The notes under the pieces are model-generated. The model searched no databases, was not told the origin of the DNA, and saw only the letters and a list, made by a program, of their open reading frames with translations. From an uncultured Bacteroidota bacterium (GTDB taxonomy: Bacteria > Bacteroidota > Bacteroidia > Bacteroidales > CG2-30-32-10): a stretch of DNA of 59,116 nt. The translations under genes and the position numbers were made by a program. Numbering within the stretch: position 1 is the stretch's first letter; each line of letters begins with the position of its first letter. Shown piece after piece: positions 58,925-59,116 of the stretch. The stretch is from assembly GCA_903889915.1 (NCBI GenBank), contig CAISZK010000029.1, positions 1 through 59,116 on the forward strand, given 5' to 3'.

Positions 58925-59116
58925 AATTGTCATTAGTCATTAGTCAGTAGTCATTAGTCAATAGTCAGTAGTCAGTAGTCAATAGTGACGAATGACCAAA
59001 TAACGAATGACCAAATGACGTATGACAAATGACGTATGACAAATGACGTATGACAAATGACGTATGACAAATGACTAATGACCCCAATGACAAATGACTA
59101 TTGACAAATGACTCAA
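58925..59116. repeat. Long inverted heptamer array (GTCATTA/GTCAGTA repeats then AATGAC/GACGTAT repeats)
   Basis: gtcattagtcattagtcagtagtcattagtcaatagtcagtag...gaatgaccaaatgacgtatgacaaatgacgtatgacaaatgac... Confidence 0.8.

Overview
A 59 kb chromosomal segment, AT-rich (not computed exactly) and almost certainly from a Bacteroidota genome. Evidence: T9SS C-terminal sorting domains, a TAnnTTTG-type -7 promoter box, and dxr-rseP synteny. The layout is as follows. (i) 0-7.8 kb: three tandem paralogous T9SS-secreted 'QNLVPNPSFE' proteins and a large repeat-rich T9SS adhesin. These are interleaved with an IS200/IS605-family (RAYT-like) Y1 transposase element and two gene-less MITE-like derivatives of it. 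(ii) 7.9-25.6 kb: housekeeping genes. These include a TPR protein, dCMP deaminase, M20D amidohydrolase, ManA, a 2-oxoacid dehydrogenase E1a/E1b/E2/E3 cluster plus a lipoate ligase, and a MarR-HlyD-MFS-TolC efflux operon. Inserted among them are a RES/Xre toxin-antitoxin pair and a DUF4160/DUF2442 pair. (iii) 26-46 kb: an accessory defence-island-like region. It holds three AAA(DUF4143-type) ATPases, a WYL regulator, a cluster of tRNA-derived fragments, an SPFH-RtcB-repeat/AAA+ gene cluster, an ORF6N gene broken by an in-frame TAG, a DUF1643-like gene, and a clear prokaryotic viperin (pVip) followed by a cytidylate-kinase-like gene broken by a single in-frame TGA. It also holds two hypothetical proteins and a TPR protein. 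Every intergenic spacer in the 38.7-46 kb stretch carries the same composite repeat. (iv) 46-59 kb: a 21-bp tandem repeat array, an M23 peptidase, dxr, rseP, a Wzx-like flippase, a RelE/ParE TA pair, dut, a sugar nucleotidyltransferase, and a TPR lipoprotein followed by a DUF4292-like lipoprotein. Throughout the window, short arrays of a degenerate heptamer (A/T)(A/T)TGAC(N) occupy intergenic spacers, sometimes as inverted arrays. The most interesting candidate for a new system is the cluster of a WYL regulator, a triple-beta-repeat SPFH protein, RtcB and an N-terminal-repeat AAA+ protein, which lies beside the pVip locus.
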